From Eubacteriales bacterium (GTDB lineage Bacteria > Bacillota > Clostridia > Oscillospirales > CAG-272): a stretch of DNA of 64,000 nt. Under the pieces are notes generated by a model. The model did not search any database. It was not told the origin of the DNA and saw only the letters and a program-made list of their open reading frames with translations. The stretch lies in assembly GCA_045577175.1 (NCBI GenBank), contig JAZNHT010000023.1, positions 38,407 to 102,406 on the forward strand, written 5' to 3'. The position numbers were made by a program, and so were the translations under genes. This document shows, piece after piece, positions 26,674 through 35,445 of the stretch; positions within the stretch are counted from its first letter, which is position 1, and every line of letters starts with the position of its first letter.

Positions 26674-29600
26674 ATGTTAGAACTGAAAAACATCAAAAAA
26701 GAATATCACACGGGTGGGGAGACGGTCGCCGCTTTGCGCGGAATCGATCTTTCCTTCCGCGACAGCGAATTTGTCTCGATCCTCGGTCCGTCCGGATGCG
26801 GTAAAACGACGCTTTTGAACATCATCGGCGGACTGGATCAGTACACCGAAGGAGACTTGCGCATTCACGGAACATCGACGAAGGAGTTCAAGGATCGCGA
26901 CTGGGACACCTACCGCAACCACTCGATCGGATTTGTGTTCCAGAGTTATAATCTGATTCCGCACCAGACCGTTTTGCAGAACGTTGAGCTTGCGCTGACG
27001 CTCTCGGGCGTGTCGAAGGCGGAGCGTCGGGCACGGGCGAAAAAGGCACTCGAGGAGGTCGGTCTGGGCAATCAGCTCAAAAAACGACCGAGCGAGATGT
27101 CGGGCGGTCAGATGCAGCGCGTATCGATCGCACGAGCAATCGTAAACAATCCCGATATTGTCCTTGCGGATGAGCCTACGGGCGCGCTCGACACGGAGAC
27201 GAGCGTGCAGGTCATGGAAATTCTGAAGAAAATCTCCAAAAAACGCCTTGTCATCATGGTCACGCACAACCCCGATCTCGCCGATCGATATTCTACACGC
27301 ATTGTGCGGATGCTTGACGGAAAAATCACCAGCGATTCCATGCCGCTGACGGCGGAGGAGATCGCAAAAGCGTCCGAAGCGGATGCCGTGCGCCGCGCGG
27401 AGGAGGCTTCAAAGAAAAAGCCGTCGATGTCGTTTGTAACCTCGTTTGGGCTTTCTTTGAAGAATCTCTTTACGAAAAAGGGGCGTACCGTGCTAACCTC
27501 CTTTGCCGGAAGCATCGGCATCATCGGCATTGCGCTGATTTACGCCGTATCGCAGGGCATGACGATGTACATCGATGCTGTGCAGGAGGATACGCTCTCG
27601 TCGTATCCTCTGACGCTGGAGGCACAGAGCATTGATATTGGCTCACTGATGCAGGCATTTATGGGCGGCGCTCAATCCGAAAGCGAGCACGAGCTGGATG
27701 CCGTATATCAAAAAACGATGCTCTACGATATGATTAACGCTATGAGTGCGCTGGAAACGACGGAGAACGATCTCCGCTCGTTCAAAACGCATCTGGATGC
27801 GCTCTATGCCGACAAGGAAGGCACCGTCTATGATGCACTCAACGGCATCCATTACACGTATGACCTCGACATGACCGTATACACGAAAAACGTGGACGGC
27901 ACGATCATTGAATCCGACACGGAATCTCTGATGCAGGAAATTCTGCTTGAAAATCTCGGGCTGGATCTCTCCGGCGTAATCAGCGCGAGTGAGTCCAACA
28001 TCAGCGGCATGTCGATGATGTCGATGTCCTCCTCTATGACCAGACTTTGGCAGGAGCTTCTGCCGGGCGAGGACGGCAAGCTCGTAAATGATCTTTTGGA
28101 GAAGCAATACGATGTGATCTACGGTCGCTGGCCTGCCGCGTACAACGAGATTGTGCTCGTTGTGGATGAGCGAAACGAGCTGGATGACATCACTCTGTAC
28201 GCGCTCGGACTCAAATCGAAGGCGGACATTGATGCGCTCGCGGATGCCGCCATCAAATACACCCCCCTCGATCACGAGATGGAGTCGTGGACGTTTGAGG
28301 AAATCTGCGGTATGCAGTTTCGCGCGGTACTCCCGGCGGATGTGTACGTTCTCGACGAAGCGACCGGCACGTATTCCGATCTGCGCGAAAGCCCGGCGGG
28401 ACTGAAATATCTCTACGACAACGGCATCGATCTGAAGGTAACGGGTATCATCCGCGAAAGCGAGGATGCCGTATCCGCGATGCTGACCGGTTCGATCGGA
28501 TATACAAGTGCGCTGACCGAATACATGATTAAGGAGTCGAGAGATTCCGAGGCGGTTACGGCACAGATTTCCGATCCGAGCACGGATGTTTTCACAGGAC
28601 TCCCCTTCCGCGACAATGCAGGCAACATGAGTGATACGGAAAAAGAAGCAGAATTTCGCACCTATATCGACACGCTTTCGGAGGCGCGCCGTGCACAGGC
28701 GTATATTGATATTCTGTCTATACCGCCTAAGGAGCAAATCGATGCGGCACTGGCGCAGTCTGTCGGATCGATGACGCGCGAAGATATGGAAGCCGTGATG
28801 ACGGAGGCGTTTGCCCAGCAGATGAACATGAGTGCGGAGGAGATTGCTTCGTACATGCAGTCTCTGCCCGACGAGGATCTGACAGAGCTGTTCTCGCAGA
28901 TCGCGGAGGAGCAGTTCCGTATGCAGTACGCCGCCGGTGTACAGGCACAGCTTGCCGATATGACGTCCGAGCAGCTTTCGGGCGCGCTCGCCATGGCGAT
29001 GCAGACCTTCACAACGGAGCAATGCGCAATCTACTATGAGGAAATCTGCGAATTTGCGCCGACAACGTATGACGCAAACATGAAAACGCTCGGCTACGTG
29101 CACCTTGACGATCCGTCTGCCATCCATCTCTACGCCTCCTCCTTTGAAAACAAGGACGTACTGGAGGATATGATTCAATCCTACAACGATTCCGTTGACG
29201 AGCTGCACCGCATCACCTACACGGACTATGTCGGCATCATGATGTCGTCGATCACGACGATCATCAACGCGATCACCTACGTGCTGATCTCGTTTGTCGC
29301 CGTTTCGCTGATCGTTTCATCGATCATGATCGGTGTCATCACGCTGATCTCCGTACAGGAGAGAACAAAGGAGATCGGTATCCTCCGCGCAATCGGTGCG
29401 TCAAAGAAAAACGTCTCCGGCATGTTCAACGCGGAGACGATGATTATCGGCTTCACCTCGGGTGCACTCGGCGTACTGATTACGTACCTGCTCTGCATCC
29501 CGATCAATCTGATTCTGCACCACCTGACGGGTATTGCGAATCTGAGTGCGTATCTGCCCGTGCCGGTTGCCATCGCGCTTGTGATTATCAGTATGCTTCT

Positions 29601-29676
29601 GACGCTTATCGCGGGCATTATCCCCTCACGCAGCGCGGCAAAGAAGGAGCCGGTTGTGGCACTGAGAACGGAGTAA
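26674..29676 (+). CDS. Fused ABC transporter ATPase / FtsX-type permease (MacB-like) with a large extracytoplasmic domain
   Basis: Start MLELKNIKKEY at ATG 26674, after AAAGGA. Walker A GPSGCGKTT, signature SGGQMQRVSIARA, Walker B LADEPTGALD. C-terminal FtsX motif ERTKEIGILRAIGASKKNV with flanking TM helices. Confidence 0.85.
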   Translation: MLELKNIKKEYHTGGETVAALRGIDLSFRDSEFVSILGPSGCGKTTLLNIIGGLDQYTEGDLRIHGTSTKEFKDRDWDTYRNHSIGFVFQSYNLIPHQTVLQNVELALTLSGVSKAERRARAKKALEEVGLGNQLKKRPSEMSGGQMQRVSIARAIVNNPDIVLADEPTGALDTETSVQVMEILKKISKKRLVIMVTHNPDLADRYSTRIVRMLDGKITSDSMPLTAEEIAKASEADAVRRAEEASKKKPSMSFVTSFGLSLKNLFTKKGRTVLTSFAGSIGIIGIALIYAVSQGMTMYIDAVQEDTLSSYPLTLEAQSIDIGSLMQAFMGGAQSESEHELDAVYQKTMLYDMINAMSALETTENDLRSFKTHLDALYADKEGTVYDALNGIHYTYDLDMTVYTKNVDGTIIESDTESLMQEILLENLGLDLSGVISASESNISGMSMMSMSSSMTRLWQELLPGEDGKLVNDLLEKQYDVIYGRWPAAYNEIVLVVDERNELDDITLYALGLKSKADIDALADAAIKYTPLDHEMESWTFEEICGMQFRAVLPADVYVLDEATGTYSDLRESPAGLKYLYDNGIDLKVTGIIRESEDAVSAMLTGSIGYTSALTEYMIKESRDSEAVTAQISDPSTDVFTGLPFRDNAGNMSDTEKEAEFRTYIDTLSEARRAQAYIDILSIPPKEQIDAALAQSVGSMTREDMEAVMTEAFAQQMNMSAEEIASYMQSLPDEDLTELFSQIAEEQFRMQYAAGVQAQLADMTSEQLSGALAMAMQTFTTEQCAIYYEEICEFAPTTYDANMKTLGYVHLDDPSAIHLYASSFENKDVLEDMIQSYNDSVDELHRITYTDYVGIMMSSITTIINAITYVLISFVAVSLIVSSIMIGVITLISVQERTKEIGILRAIGASKKNVSGMFNAETMIIGFTSGALGVLITYLLCIPINLILHHLTGIANLSAYLPVPVAIALVIISMLLTLIAGIIPSRSAAKKEPVVALRTE

Positions 29677-29679
29677 AGA

Positions 29680-29850
29680 ATGAACCGACAACTAAAAGGC
29701 ATCGCACTGATTTTGCTTGCCATTCTTTTAACGATAGTATACGGAAATCGCTCGTTTTTCGATTTGGACTTCGACTGGTCTTTGCTGTTCACCCTGCTCG
29801 GTATCGTCGGAACCGTGCTGGTGTTCTTACCCGATAAAAAGGATAAGTAA
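29680..29850 (+). CDS. Small (56-aa) two-TM membrane protein, translationally adjacent to the ABC gene
   Basis: Read from the sequence; below the ORF-track cutoff. ATG 29680 is 4 nt after the ABC stop. MNRQLKGIALILLAILLTIVYGNRSFFDLDFDWSLLFTLLGIVGTVLVFLPDKKDK has two hydrophobic helices. A strong terminator follows. Confidence 0.45.
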   Translation: MNRQLKGIALILLAILLTIVYGNRSFFDLDFDWSLLFTLLGIVGTVLVFLPDKKDK

Positions 29851-29851
29851 C

Positions 29852-29895
29852 AAAAAGCAAGTGCATACGGTTTTAACCGTATGCACTCTTTTTTA
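29852..29895. terminator. Bidirectional terminator (ABC operon + / esterase genes -)
   Basis: AGTGCATACGGT (29860-29871) / TTTA / ACCGTATGCACT (29876-29887) forms a perfect 12-bp stem. It is flanked by an A-run upstream and a T-run downstream. Confidence 0.85.
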
Positions 29896-30657
29896 TCCTT
29901 TTTTCATGACAAAATCGAGAAAATCCGTGATATGCTTATCCCAGTACGCCCAGGTATGACCGCCTTCATCTTCGATGTAGGTGTAGTCAAACGGATTGCC
30001 TTCCACTGACGTGAAGAAATCCCTCGTTTTGTGCGCGGCTTCCAGAAGAAAATCCTCTTTGCCTATAGCATGATAGATTCTCGGTGCAGGCAGCCCTTCG
30101 GCAAGTATCTTCTTCGCGTTGCCGAGTACGTCCTCCTCCGTTCCCGCAATTTCTCTGCCGTCATAGACTCTGCGGACAAGCGCATCAACCGCCGGATTAT
30201 CGCCCGGCTTTGTGCCGGGGAACGGAAAAACGGTATCCCCCGCGGACAAGCAGCCGATCGCGGAAAACTTGTCGGGATTGGCAAGTCCGATCTTCAAAGC
30301 ACCGCCGCCGCCCATGGAGTTACCGGCAATCCACGTATCCTCACGGCGTGGGGAGATGTTGAAAAATCCGCCCATCAGATCAAAGAGTTCGCTTGCGATG
30401 GCCGTATAGAAGCGATGTCCGTGCGCCATATCCGCATAATTGGAAAGCTCTCCGTCGGGCATCACCACAGCGATGCCTCTTTCGGCGGCATAACGCTCAA
30501 TGGAGGTGTTGCGACACCAAGTGGTGTGGTTATCGGTCATGCCGTGGAGCAGCCAAAGGGTGGGAACGGCAGAGGTCGCACGCTCGGGGAAAATGACAGA
30601 GCAATTCATCGTGCGGCAGATGGTTTTCGAGAACCAATTGAGCGTGATCTGTGCCAT
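29893..30657 (-). CDS. Serine esterase (putative-esterase / esterase D / tributyrin-esterase family)
   Basis: Start MAQITLNWFSK at 30657, preceded by GGAGGGA. TLWLLHGMTDNHTTW; nucleophile elbow GNSMGG; C-terminal ...GGHTWAYWD. Confidence 0.8.
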   Translation of the reverse strand: MAQITLNWFSKTICRTMNCSVIFPERATSAVPTLWLLHGMTDNHTTWCRNTSIERYAAERGIAVVMPDGELSNYADMAHGHRFYTAIASELFDLMGGFFNISPRREDTWIAGNSMGGGGALKIGLANPDKFSAIGCLSAGDTVFPFPGTKPGDNPAVDALVRRVYDGREIAGTEEDVLGNAKKILAEGLPAPRIYHAIGKEDFLLEAAHKTRDFFTSVEGNPFDYTYIEDEGGHTWAYWDKHITDFLDFVMKKG

Positions 30658-30658
30658 G

Positions 30659-31465
30659 TTACTGTCCCTCCTTTGCTGTGAGCCAAGCAAGAATCGGCTG
30701 TATAAATTCGTCCCAATAATGCCATGCGTGGTACGCCTCGGGAACTTCTGTATACGTCGGATTTACGCCGATCCCACGAAGCTCATCTCTGAATTTCACG
30801 TTGCATTTGTAAAAGAAGTCTGCGGTTCCGACAATCTGGAAGATTTCGGGCATGGGGCGTTTATTTTCAACAATCCCCTTTGCAAGGGCACAAAGATCGT
30901 TTTTGCCGCCCTTGAATGCAGTCAGATCGCCGAAAATATCAGACCAAAACTGCTCGGATCTGGAAATTACACGGCAGAGATCTCCGCCCGGGAAGAATCC
31001 GTCGGGAGAGCATCCGGGGGCAATTGCGCCGATTTTGGAAAAGGTTTCGGGATAGGTTAGCCCAATGGACAGCGCGCCGTAGCCGCCCATGGAAGATCCT
31101 GTAATAAAGGTATCCTCATATTTTGGGGAGATACCGGGGAACATACGGCGCACCACCGAAACAAGCTCCTCGCCCACAAATTTGCGGTAGTTATAGCCCT
31201 GTGCCATATCGGCGTACCAGCTCAGTCCCCCATCGGGCATGACGACCGCGATCTCCTTTTCCTCAGCATATGTTTCAATGTTGGTATAGCGCATCCATGC
31301 GGTATAATCGTCGCTCATTCCGTGAAGGAGAAAAAGGACGGGATAGTGATTTTGTCCGTCGGGATCGTCATGAATCATGCTCCGTGTCCGCTGCGGCAAA
31401 AGAACATTCATGGCGGTGTTCATTCCGAGAACCTCGGAATAAAAATTGACGTTAAGATATGCCAT
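30659..31465 (-). CDS. Serine esterase, tandem paralog of the downstream esterase
   Basis: Start MAYLNVNFYSE at 31465. VLFLLHGMSDDYTAW; GSSMGG; ...AYHAWHYWD. The stop lies 1 nt from the next gene's start. Confidence 0.8.
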   Translation of the reverse strand: MAYLNVNFYSEVLGMNTAMNVLLPQRTRSMIHDDPDGQNHYPVLFLLHGMSDDYTAWMRYTNIETYAEEKEIAVVMPDGGLSWYADMAQGYNYRKFVGEELVSVVRRMFPGISPKYEDTFITGSSMGGYGALSIGLTYPETFSKIGAIAPGCSPDGFFPGGDLCRVISRSEQFWSDIFGDLTAFKGGKNDLCALAKGIVENKRPMPEIFQIVGTADFFYKCNVKFRDELRGIGVNPTYTEVPEAYHAWHYWDEFIQPILAWLTAKEGQ

Positions 31466-31620
31466 AGTTGATACCTCGTTTTTGTGAATGGAAGCGAGCA
31501 ATACCGTCATACAAACAGATATTTCCGTCCGAGAACAATTTTACACCATGAGGGCAAATTTGTCAATATTTTCGCGGAAATCTTTACGGATACGTCCGTA
31601 CCTTAACCGACTTACAAAAT

Positions 31621-31658
31621 AAAAAGCGACAGGGGGAAATCCGAAGATTCCCCCCCTT
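31621..31658 (-). terminator. Rho-independent terminator after the zinc-ribbon lipoprotein gene
   Basis: The minus strand reads GGGGGGGAATCTTCGGATTTCCCCCTGTCGCTTTTT, a G/C stem with one bulge followed by a T-run. Confidence 0.7.
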
Positions 31659-31687
31659 GGTGATGATTATTGTACCGTCTTTCTCAG

Positions 31688-33109
31688 TTAATTCCGGACA
31701 TATCCGTCACCGCCGCAAACGATACATTTCTGTATGCCGCCACTGCATCTGTTACAGGTGTGATAGACTTTTTTTCCGTTAATGTCAAAGTAAGCAAACG
31801 TCTGACCTTCGCCGCCACAGTAAATGCACTCGTGATACCCGCTTTGCTTCTCACAGTAGCCACAGGGTATCGGATCTCCCGAAGAATCGCTGCTGTTATA
31901 AGCAAAATTGCCGCCAAAAGCTGGAATCGGAGACGCCGGAGGAACGTAGTTGCTTTTCGTCGTATACATGTTTATATAGATGTCGTTATACACGGTGAGT
32001 TTGACCGACACCTCCGCGCTGTATCCGGGCCATAGAAATCTATGATTAGCGGGCTCCACTATCATAGAGGGATCGTTTTGGCCTACATACTGCGTGCGGA
32101 CAGTTGCCCTGCCATCTTCGCTGTATTTGTACTCGAATCGAAGCAGAAAACTCTCCAGCTTGTTGTCGTACACGTATTCCGCGACGATATTTGTGCCGTC
32201 ATAAACGTACAGGCTGTCCACCTTGCATTTGCTGTCCGCCGTATAGTACTCGTATTCGCAGCCGATCATCGTACTACCTTTGTACAGTTTATAGATGGCA
32301 ACATACTCGCCGTTCGTCAACGTGTGCTCACTTACGGTACAGGAATCCGCACCCAGCTTTGCATGGAAGTTATACATATTCTCTGTCGTCAGCTGCACGG
32401 ACGAATACACATCCGTCATCGACTGAAGCGTAGCAGGAGAAAGCGGAGACGTGTACAGTTTTCTGCCGGCGGCATCGTAGACGTCGTAGAGGGTTTCACG
32501 CTTTTCCTCCTCAATCTGTGCTTTGCTGGTATTATACTTGTACGAGATATGCGTGTACTGAAGCACGTTCGCTTCCCCGCTCGGCGTATACAAGCTCGTC
32601 GTAAGCGGCTCCATTCTGCCTCTCGTCTTGTTGTAGTAATACACGTTTTTGCAGCTCAGATTTCCGTCCGCGTCGTACACGTACTCTTCGCCCATGTCCA
32701 GAGTGCCGTTTGCATAAATCAGTCTCTCTGTCAGAAGTAGTGCAGAATCCTCGGCAGCGGAACTATCGGTTTTTCCGCTGTCCGCAGAGCTGCCGCTTCC
32801 GCCGCCGGTGGAGGGAGCATCCTCATCCTCCGCATCTGTTACCTCCCCGGAAAGCGACGCACCGCATTCTTTGCAGTATTTCTTTTTGTACGAATTTTCC
32901 GTCTTGCACGCGGAGCAGACGATCACTTTTGACAAAGACTTTCCGCAGTCGCTGCAATACTTGTCCCCTTCATCATTTTCTTCGTCGCAGTACGGACAGA
33001 TTACCGTATCATCGTCCTCATCTTTGTAATTCGCGTGGGATTCACCGCAGGAAATGAGTGTCAAAAGCAGGGCAAGCAGAATACATACAACAGATAATGC
33101 CTTTTTCAT
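31688..33109 (-). CDS. Lipoprotein with N-terminal double zinc ribbon, YD-repeat-like middle and C-terminal DnaJ-like (CxxCxGxG)4 cluster
   Basis: Start MKKALSVVCILLALLLTLISC (lipobox LISC) at 33109, after GAGGAGAAAA. ICPYCDEENDEGDKYCSDCG and VCSACKTENSYKKKYCKECG are zinc ribbons. A G/S/D-rich linker follows. YVYDADGNL and YDVYDAAGRKL are YD-like. C-terminus CGYCEKQSG..CIYCGGEG...CNRCSGG..CIVCGGDG. Confidence 0.7.
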   Translation of the reverse strand: MKKALSVVCILLALLLTLISCGESHANYKDEDDDTVICPYCDEENDEGDKYCSDCGKSLSKVIVCSACKTENSYKKKYCKECGASLSGEVTDAEDEDAPSTGGGSGSSADSGKTDSSAAEDSALLLTERLIYANGTLDMGEEYVYDADGNLSCKNVYYYNKTRGRMEPLTTSLYTPSGEANVLQYTHISYKYNTSKAQIEEEKRETLYDVYDAAGRKLYTSPLSPATLQSMTDVYSSVQLTTENMYNFHAKLGADSCTVSEHTLTNGEYVAIYKLYKGSTMIGCEYEYYTADSKCKVDSLYVYDGTNIVAEYVYDNKLESFLLRFEYKYSEDGRATVRTQYVGQNDPSMIVEPANHRFLWPGYSAEVSVKLTVYNDIYINMYTTKSNYVPPASPIPAFGGNFAYNSSDSSGDPIPCGYCEKQSGYHECIYCGGEGQTFAYFDINGKKVYHTCNRCSGGIQKCIVCGGDGYVRN

Positions 33110-33160
33110 TTTTTCTCCTCCGAAATATATATTTTCCCCTGACAGGGGGATGGACAACAT

Positions 33161-33916
33161 TTATCCTCTGTTCTGTCTGAGCACCTCATATGCGAGCACG
33201 GACGCGGCGGAGGCGGCGGAAAGCGATCCGCGGAACTCCCGTCCGTAATCGAGGCGCACGACCGTATCGGCTTCGTCAAGCAGTGCACGGGAGATGCCGC
33301 GCTTCTCGCCGCCGACGATGAGGAAGATCGGTTTTCTGAGATCGGCATCGAATGCGGAGACGGAATCACGGATTCCGGCGCAGACGATCTTGTACCCTGC
33401 CCCGCGTGCGATCCGTGCGGCGTCCGCACCGTCCGCTATGTACAAGGGCAAAAGCTCCGACGCGCCCGCAGAGGATCGGCAGACAATGCCTGCCGCCTGC
33501 ATCCAGTTGCGCGGCGAGAGGATCACGGCATCCGCCCCTGCGGCGTAGAGTGTGCGCATGGCGTATCCGAAATTGTACGGATCCTCAATTCCCTCAAGCA
33601 TGACGGCGAAGCCGCCTTCGGGAAGGGATTTTTCTGTTAAAAGAGGAATCTCGCGCTGTGTACATTCGGCGACGATACCGCCGTGTGTGGTTCCGCTTGT
33701 CACGGCATCAAGATGCGCCGCATCTGTCAGAACAACCGAAAAGCCCATCTCCGCACCGACGGCGCGAAGATAGGCGATCTCTTTGGCTTTGCTTTTTTGT
33801 TTGTCGGCATCGACCAGCACGCGCACGGGACGTCTTTCGTGAATCCCGCGGCGGTTTCCGTCGATGACGGCACGGATGGAGGTCATCCCCTCAAAAAGTA
33901 CGGTTTCTGCGTTCAT
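33161..33916 (-). CDS. TrmH/SpoU-family RNA 2'-O-methyltransferase (RlmB-like)
   Basis: LEGIEDPYNFGYAMRTLYAAGADAVIL...IFLIVGGEKRGISRALLDEAD..VRLDY.....SLSAASAASVLAYE matches SpoU methylase motifs 1-3. Confidence 0.8.
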   Translation of the reverse strand: MNAETVLFEGMTSIRAVIDGNRRGIHERRPVRVLVDADKQKSKAKEIAYLRAVGAEMGFSVVLTDAAHLDAVTSGTTHGGIVAECTQREIPLLTEKSLPEGGFAVMLEGIEDPYNFGYAMRTLYAAGADAVILSPRNWMQAAGIVCRSSAGASELLPLYIADGADAARIARGAGYKIVCAGIRDSVSAFDADLRKPIFLIVGGEKRGISRALLDEADTVVRLDYGREFRGSLSAASAASVLAYEVLRQNRG

Positions 33917-33939
33917 GCATCTCTCCGTCCGATCCGCGA

Positions 33940-35052
33940 TTATTTTTCGGCGTTCATTTTCAGATACGCGTTGATGAAGCCGTCAATCTCGCCGTCCATG
34001 ACCGCGCCGATGTCCGCGATTTCAAAGCCGGTACGGGTATCCTTCGCAAGCGTGTACGGCATGAAGACGTAGGAACGAATCTGCGATCCCCACTCAATAT
34101 TGACCTTTGCGCCCTGAATATCCTCAATGCGCTCGAGCTTTTCGCGCTCCTTGATTTCAAGCAGCTTACTCTTCAGCATTTTGAGCGCGGTTTCCTTATT
34201 CTGGAGCTGGCTTCGCTCCGTCTGACATCCGACGACGATACCGGTCGGGATGTGAACGATACGGATGGCGGAGTCCGTCTTGTTGATATGCTGACCGCCG
34301 GCACCGCTGGAACGGTGCGCGGTAATTTCGAGGTCCTCCTCGCGGATCTCGATGTCGGCATCCTCATCGGAAAATTCGGGCAGAACCTCAACGGAAGCAA
34401 ACGACGTATGGCGGCGTCCCGACGAATCGTACGGAGACACGCGCACAAGGCGGTGGACGCCGTTTTCGCTCTTGAGATAGCCGTAAGCGTTCAAGCCCTC
34501 AACGATAATCGTAGCGGATTTGATGCCTGCCTCGTCTCCGTCGAGCCAGTCGGCGAGCTTGACGGTAAATCCGTGCGACTCACCCCAACGGGTGTACATA
34601 CGGTAGAGCATCTGCGCCCAGTCCTGCGCCTCCGTGCCGCCGGCACCGGGATGGAAGGAGAGGATTGCGTTGTTCTTGTCGTACTGACCGCAGAGGAGCA
34701 CCTCGATGCGCTGCTTTTCCGCCTCGGCAAGGATCGCGTCCTTCTCGGCGACGATCTCATCCGTAACGCTCTCGTCGTTCTCCTCAATTGCCATTTCCGC
34801 CATGATAACCGTGTCCTCAAGCCGCTGTACAAGGGTGTCATAACGATCAATTTTGTCCTTAATCTGCTTTAACTGCTGAAGTGATTTGGTAGACTTCTCC
34901 TGATCGTTCCAAAAATCGGGGGACTGGGATTTCGCCTCCAGTGTCTCCGCCTGCTCGCGCAGAGCGTCAATGCGCAAAGCACGTCCGAGCTCGGTCAGTG
35001 TATCGCGGAACGCATTCAGTTCCTGTTTCGCCTGTTCAAGTGCAATAATCAA
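33940..35052 (-). CDS. prfB: Peptide chain release factor 2, encoded in a single frame (no +1 frameshift site)
   Basis: SPF-type RF2 with GGQ: RSSGAGGQHINKTDSAIRIVHIPTG. Probable TTG start at 35052, 5 nt after GGAGG. The region equivalent to the usual CTT-TGA-C shift site reads GGA CGT GCT TTG CGC ATT GAC (GRALRID) with no in-frame stop. Confidence 0.9.
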   Translation of the reverse strand: MIIALEQAKQELNAFRDTLTELGRALRIDALREQAETLEAKSQSPDFWNDQEKSTKSLQQLKQIKDKIDRYDTLVQRLEDTVIMAEMAIEENDESVTDEIVAEKDAILAEAEKQRIEVLLCGQYDKNNAILSFHPGAGGTEAQDWAQMLYRMYTRWGESHGFTVKLADWLDGDEAGIKSATIIVEGLNAYGYLKSENGVHRLVRVSPYDSSGRRHTSFASVEVLPEFSDEDADIEIREEDLEITAHRSSGAGGQHINKTDSAIRIVHIPTGIVVGCQTERSQLQNKETALKMLKSKLLEIKEREKLERIEDIQGAKVNIEWGSQIRSYVFMPYTLAKDTRTGFEIADIGAVMDGEIDGFINAYLKMNAEK

Positions 35053-35103
35053 AATAGCCTCCGTGTGCCGTTTTTTGAAGAAATTCTGTGGGCACACACG
35101 ATT

Positions 35104-35132
35104 ATTATACCATATTTCTATCCTCTTGTAAA
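35104..35132 (-). promoter_or_regulatory. Sigma-A-type promoter of prfB
   Basis: The minus strand has TTTACA (35132-35127), a 17-nt spacer and TGgTATAAT (-10 at 35109-35104). This places the ORF-track GTG at 35097 at or near the transcription start, arguing against it as the start codon. Confidence 0.55.
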
Positions 35133-35160
35133 CAGGTGCGGCAAATTTTCCTTACAAACG

Positions 35161-35181
35161 AAAAAGGGAGGCTTCCCTCCC
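35161..35181 (-). terminator. Rho-independent terminator after the 68-aa Cys-rich gene
   Basis: The minus strand has GGGAGG / GAAG / CCTCCC followed by TTTTT, immediately after the stop codon at 35184-35182. Confidence 0.65.
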
Positions 35182-35388
35182 TCATTCATCGTCCATATCC
35201 GGCAAAACGATCTGCGGCTTTACGCCCGGATCGCGCTTCAGCACGTCATACCGAAACGCACGGCAAACATAGAGCGCGCTGACAACGCCGCGCTTTCTGC
35301 AAAGCATCTGATCGGGATTGTTCAAAGGCACCGCACACTCACAGTATTTGCAGAGCTTATCGATCTGCGGCTTCGTTTTTCTTCCCAT
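35182..35388 (-). CDS. Small (68-aa) cysteine-containing hypothetical protein
   Basis: AGGAGA RBS. MGRKTKPQIDKLCKYCECAVPLNNPDQMLCRKRGVVSALYVCRAF... has CxxCxC plus two further Cys and an acidic C-terminus. It has its own terminator. I did not recognise a family. Confidence 0.5.
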   Translation of the reverse strand: MGRKTKPQIDKLCKYCECAVPLNNPDQMLCRKRGVVSALYVCRAFRYDVLKRDPGVKPQIVLPDMDDE

Positions 35389-35445
35389 TGCCCCGTCTCC
35401 TGTTTCTGTCTTATGCTATCAGTATAACAGAAACCGCGAAGAAAA

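Noticed and set aside
34960-35052. A search for the RF2 programmed +1 frameshift site (CTT TGA C with an upstream SD-like element).
   Set aside because: There is no in-frame stop, and the N-terminal region aligns in the same frame as the rest of RF2. The gene is simply unshifted.
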